The position numbers were made by a program, and so were the translations under genes. A DNA stretch of 34,116 nucleotides from Nemertoderma westbladi. Its lineage: Eukaryota > Animalia > Xenacoelomorpha. Of the stretch, positions 33,319 to 34,116 are shown piece after piece. Location of the stretch: the NCBI GenBank assembly GCA_032718475.1, contig JAUCBJ010000768.1, forward strand, positions 1-34,116, given 5' to 3'. The first letter of the stretch is position 1, and each line of letters begins with the position of its first letter. The notes under the pieces were generated by a model. It searched no databases, was not told where the DNA came from, and saw only the letters and a list, made by a program, of their open reading frames with translations.

Positions 33319-33664
33319 TATATATATATATATAGATGCTATATATAGAGTAGACTCAAACTTTTTGGACAAAAATAAAAAAATTGACAGTGGAAAATGT
33401 CAAAATTGAGAAATTGTGAAAAATCTTGTTTTATATACAGAATCATGAATATCAGATAATGGTCCCCTTAATATTAGAAATCAATTTTAACAATGACGAG
33501 CCTTGGAAAAGCTAAAACAAAGAAAACTTGCGATTCTTTGCCTGCCTCTTATGGTGGAATTTCACAAGATGGGTACGATGCAGTGGGTGAAACAAATTGA
33601 CGGAAGCCATTTCAATAATTAGAAAACCATGACAGACATCATGGTCATTTATCATGATGGTATA

Positions 33665-33893
33665 TGACTTCACTTGACTTTACAACACTTTTTATCAATT
33701 TAAATTATTTGACTTGATATCAATTGGTTTTATGACACTTGACTTGACATCATTGGACTCGACATCACTTCATAATTAATGCCTTGATTGACATCACGTG
33801 ACTTGATAGTAGTTTGACTTGGCGCCATACGACTTGACATACTGACTTGACATCACTTGACTTGACAAACTTGACTTGACTTGATAATACTTG
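33665..33893 (+). repeat. Degenerate (acttg)n / gacttgacatcact repeat
   Basis: Recurring 5-bp-period motif. Confidence 0.7.
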
Positions 33894-34116
33894 TTATATT
33901 ATCAGCCTGATTTGTTGATACAGCTCGTTTCCTGCTTGTTTTATCCTCTATGCAAATTTAGGATGTAGGCCTACCTTGTAGACATTTCCTGTTTCGAGAT
34001 ATTATTAAAATTTGACTCAAAAATCTTTGAAATTCTCATTACAGTAGTACGGCAATTCAATTACTTTAAGTAGAGGACATATTACATTTCGTTTACTCCT
34101 CCTGCGTCCTCCTCAT

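Overview
Eukaryotic (probably invertebrate) repeat-dense genomic DNA. It is almost certainly two unrelated fragments joined at an inverted pair of SMART/PacBio ultra-low-input amplification adapters (21789-21841). Left fragment (1-21788): a G-rich 42-bp satellite of roughly 200 units that has collected a stack of retroelements. These are an intact-looking Mag-type Ty3/Gypsy nested in the gag of a second, opposite-strand LTR element; two tandemly duplicated 5'-truncated CR1/L2-type LINEs; and a near-full-length two-ORF LINE (RTE-X-like) with a ~36-bp TSD, whose ORF1/ORF2 junction looks like a -1 frameshift site. Right fragment: the last two exons of an elastase/chymotrypsin-like S1 protease, a hairpin-rich segment starting AGTAGT followed by a promoter cluster and orphan ORFs (possible Polinton end), a decayed BEL/Pao 5' end, and a 68-bp satellite interrupted by a 5'-truncated RTE LINE. 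No prokaryotic systems, RNA genes or CRISPR arrays were seen. Family assignments rest on motifs read by eye; no searches were run.
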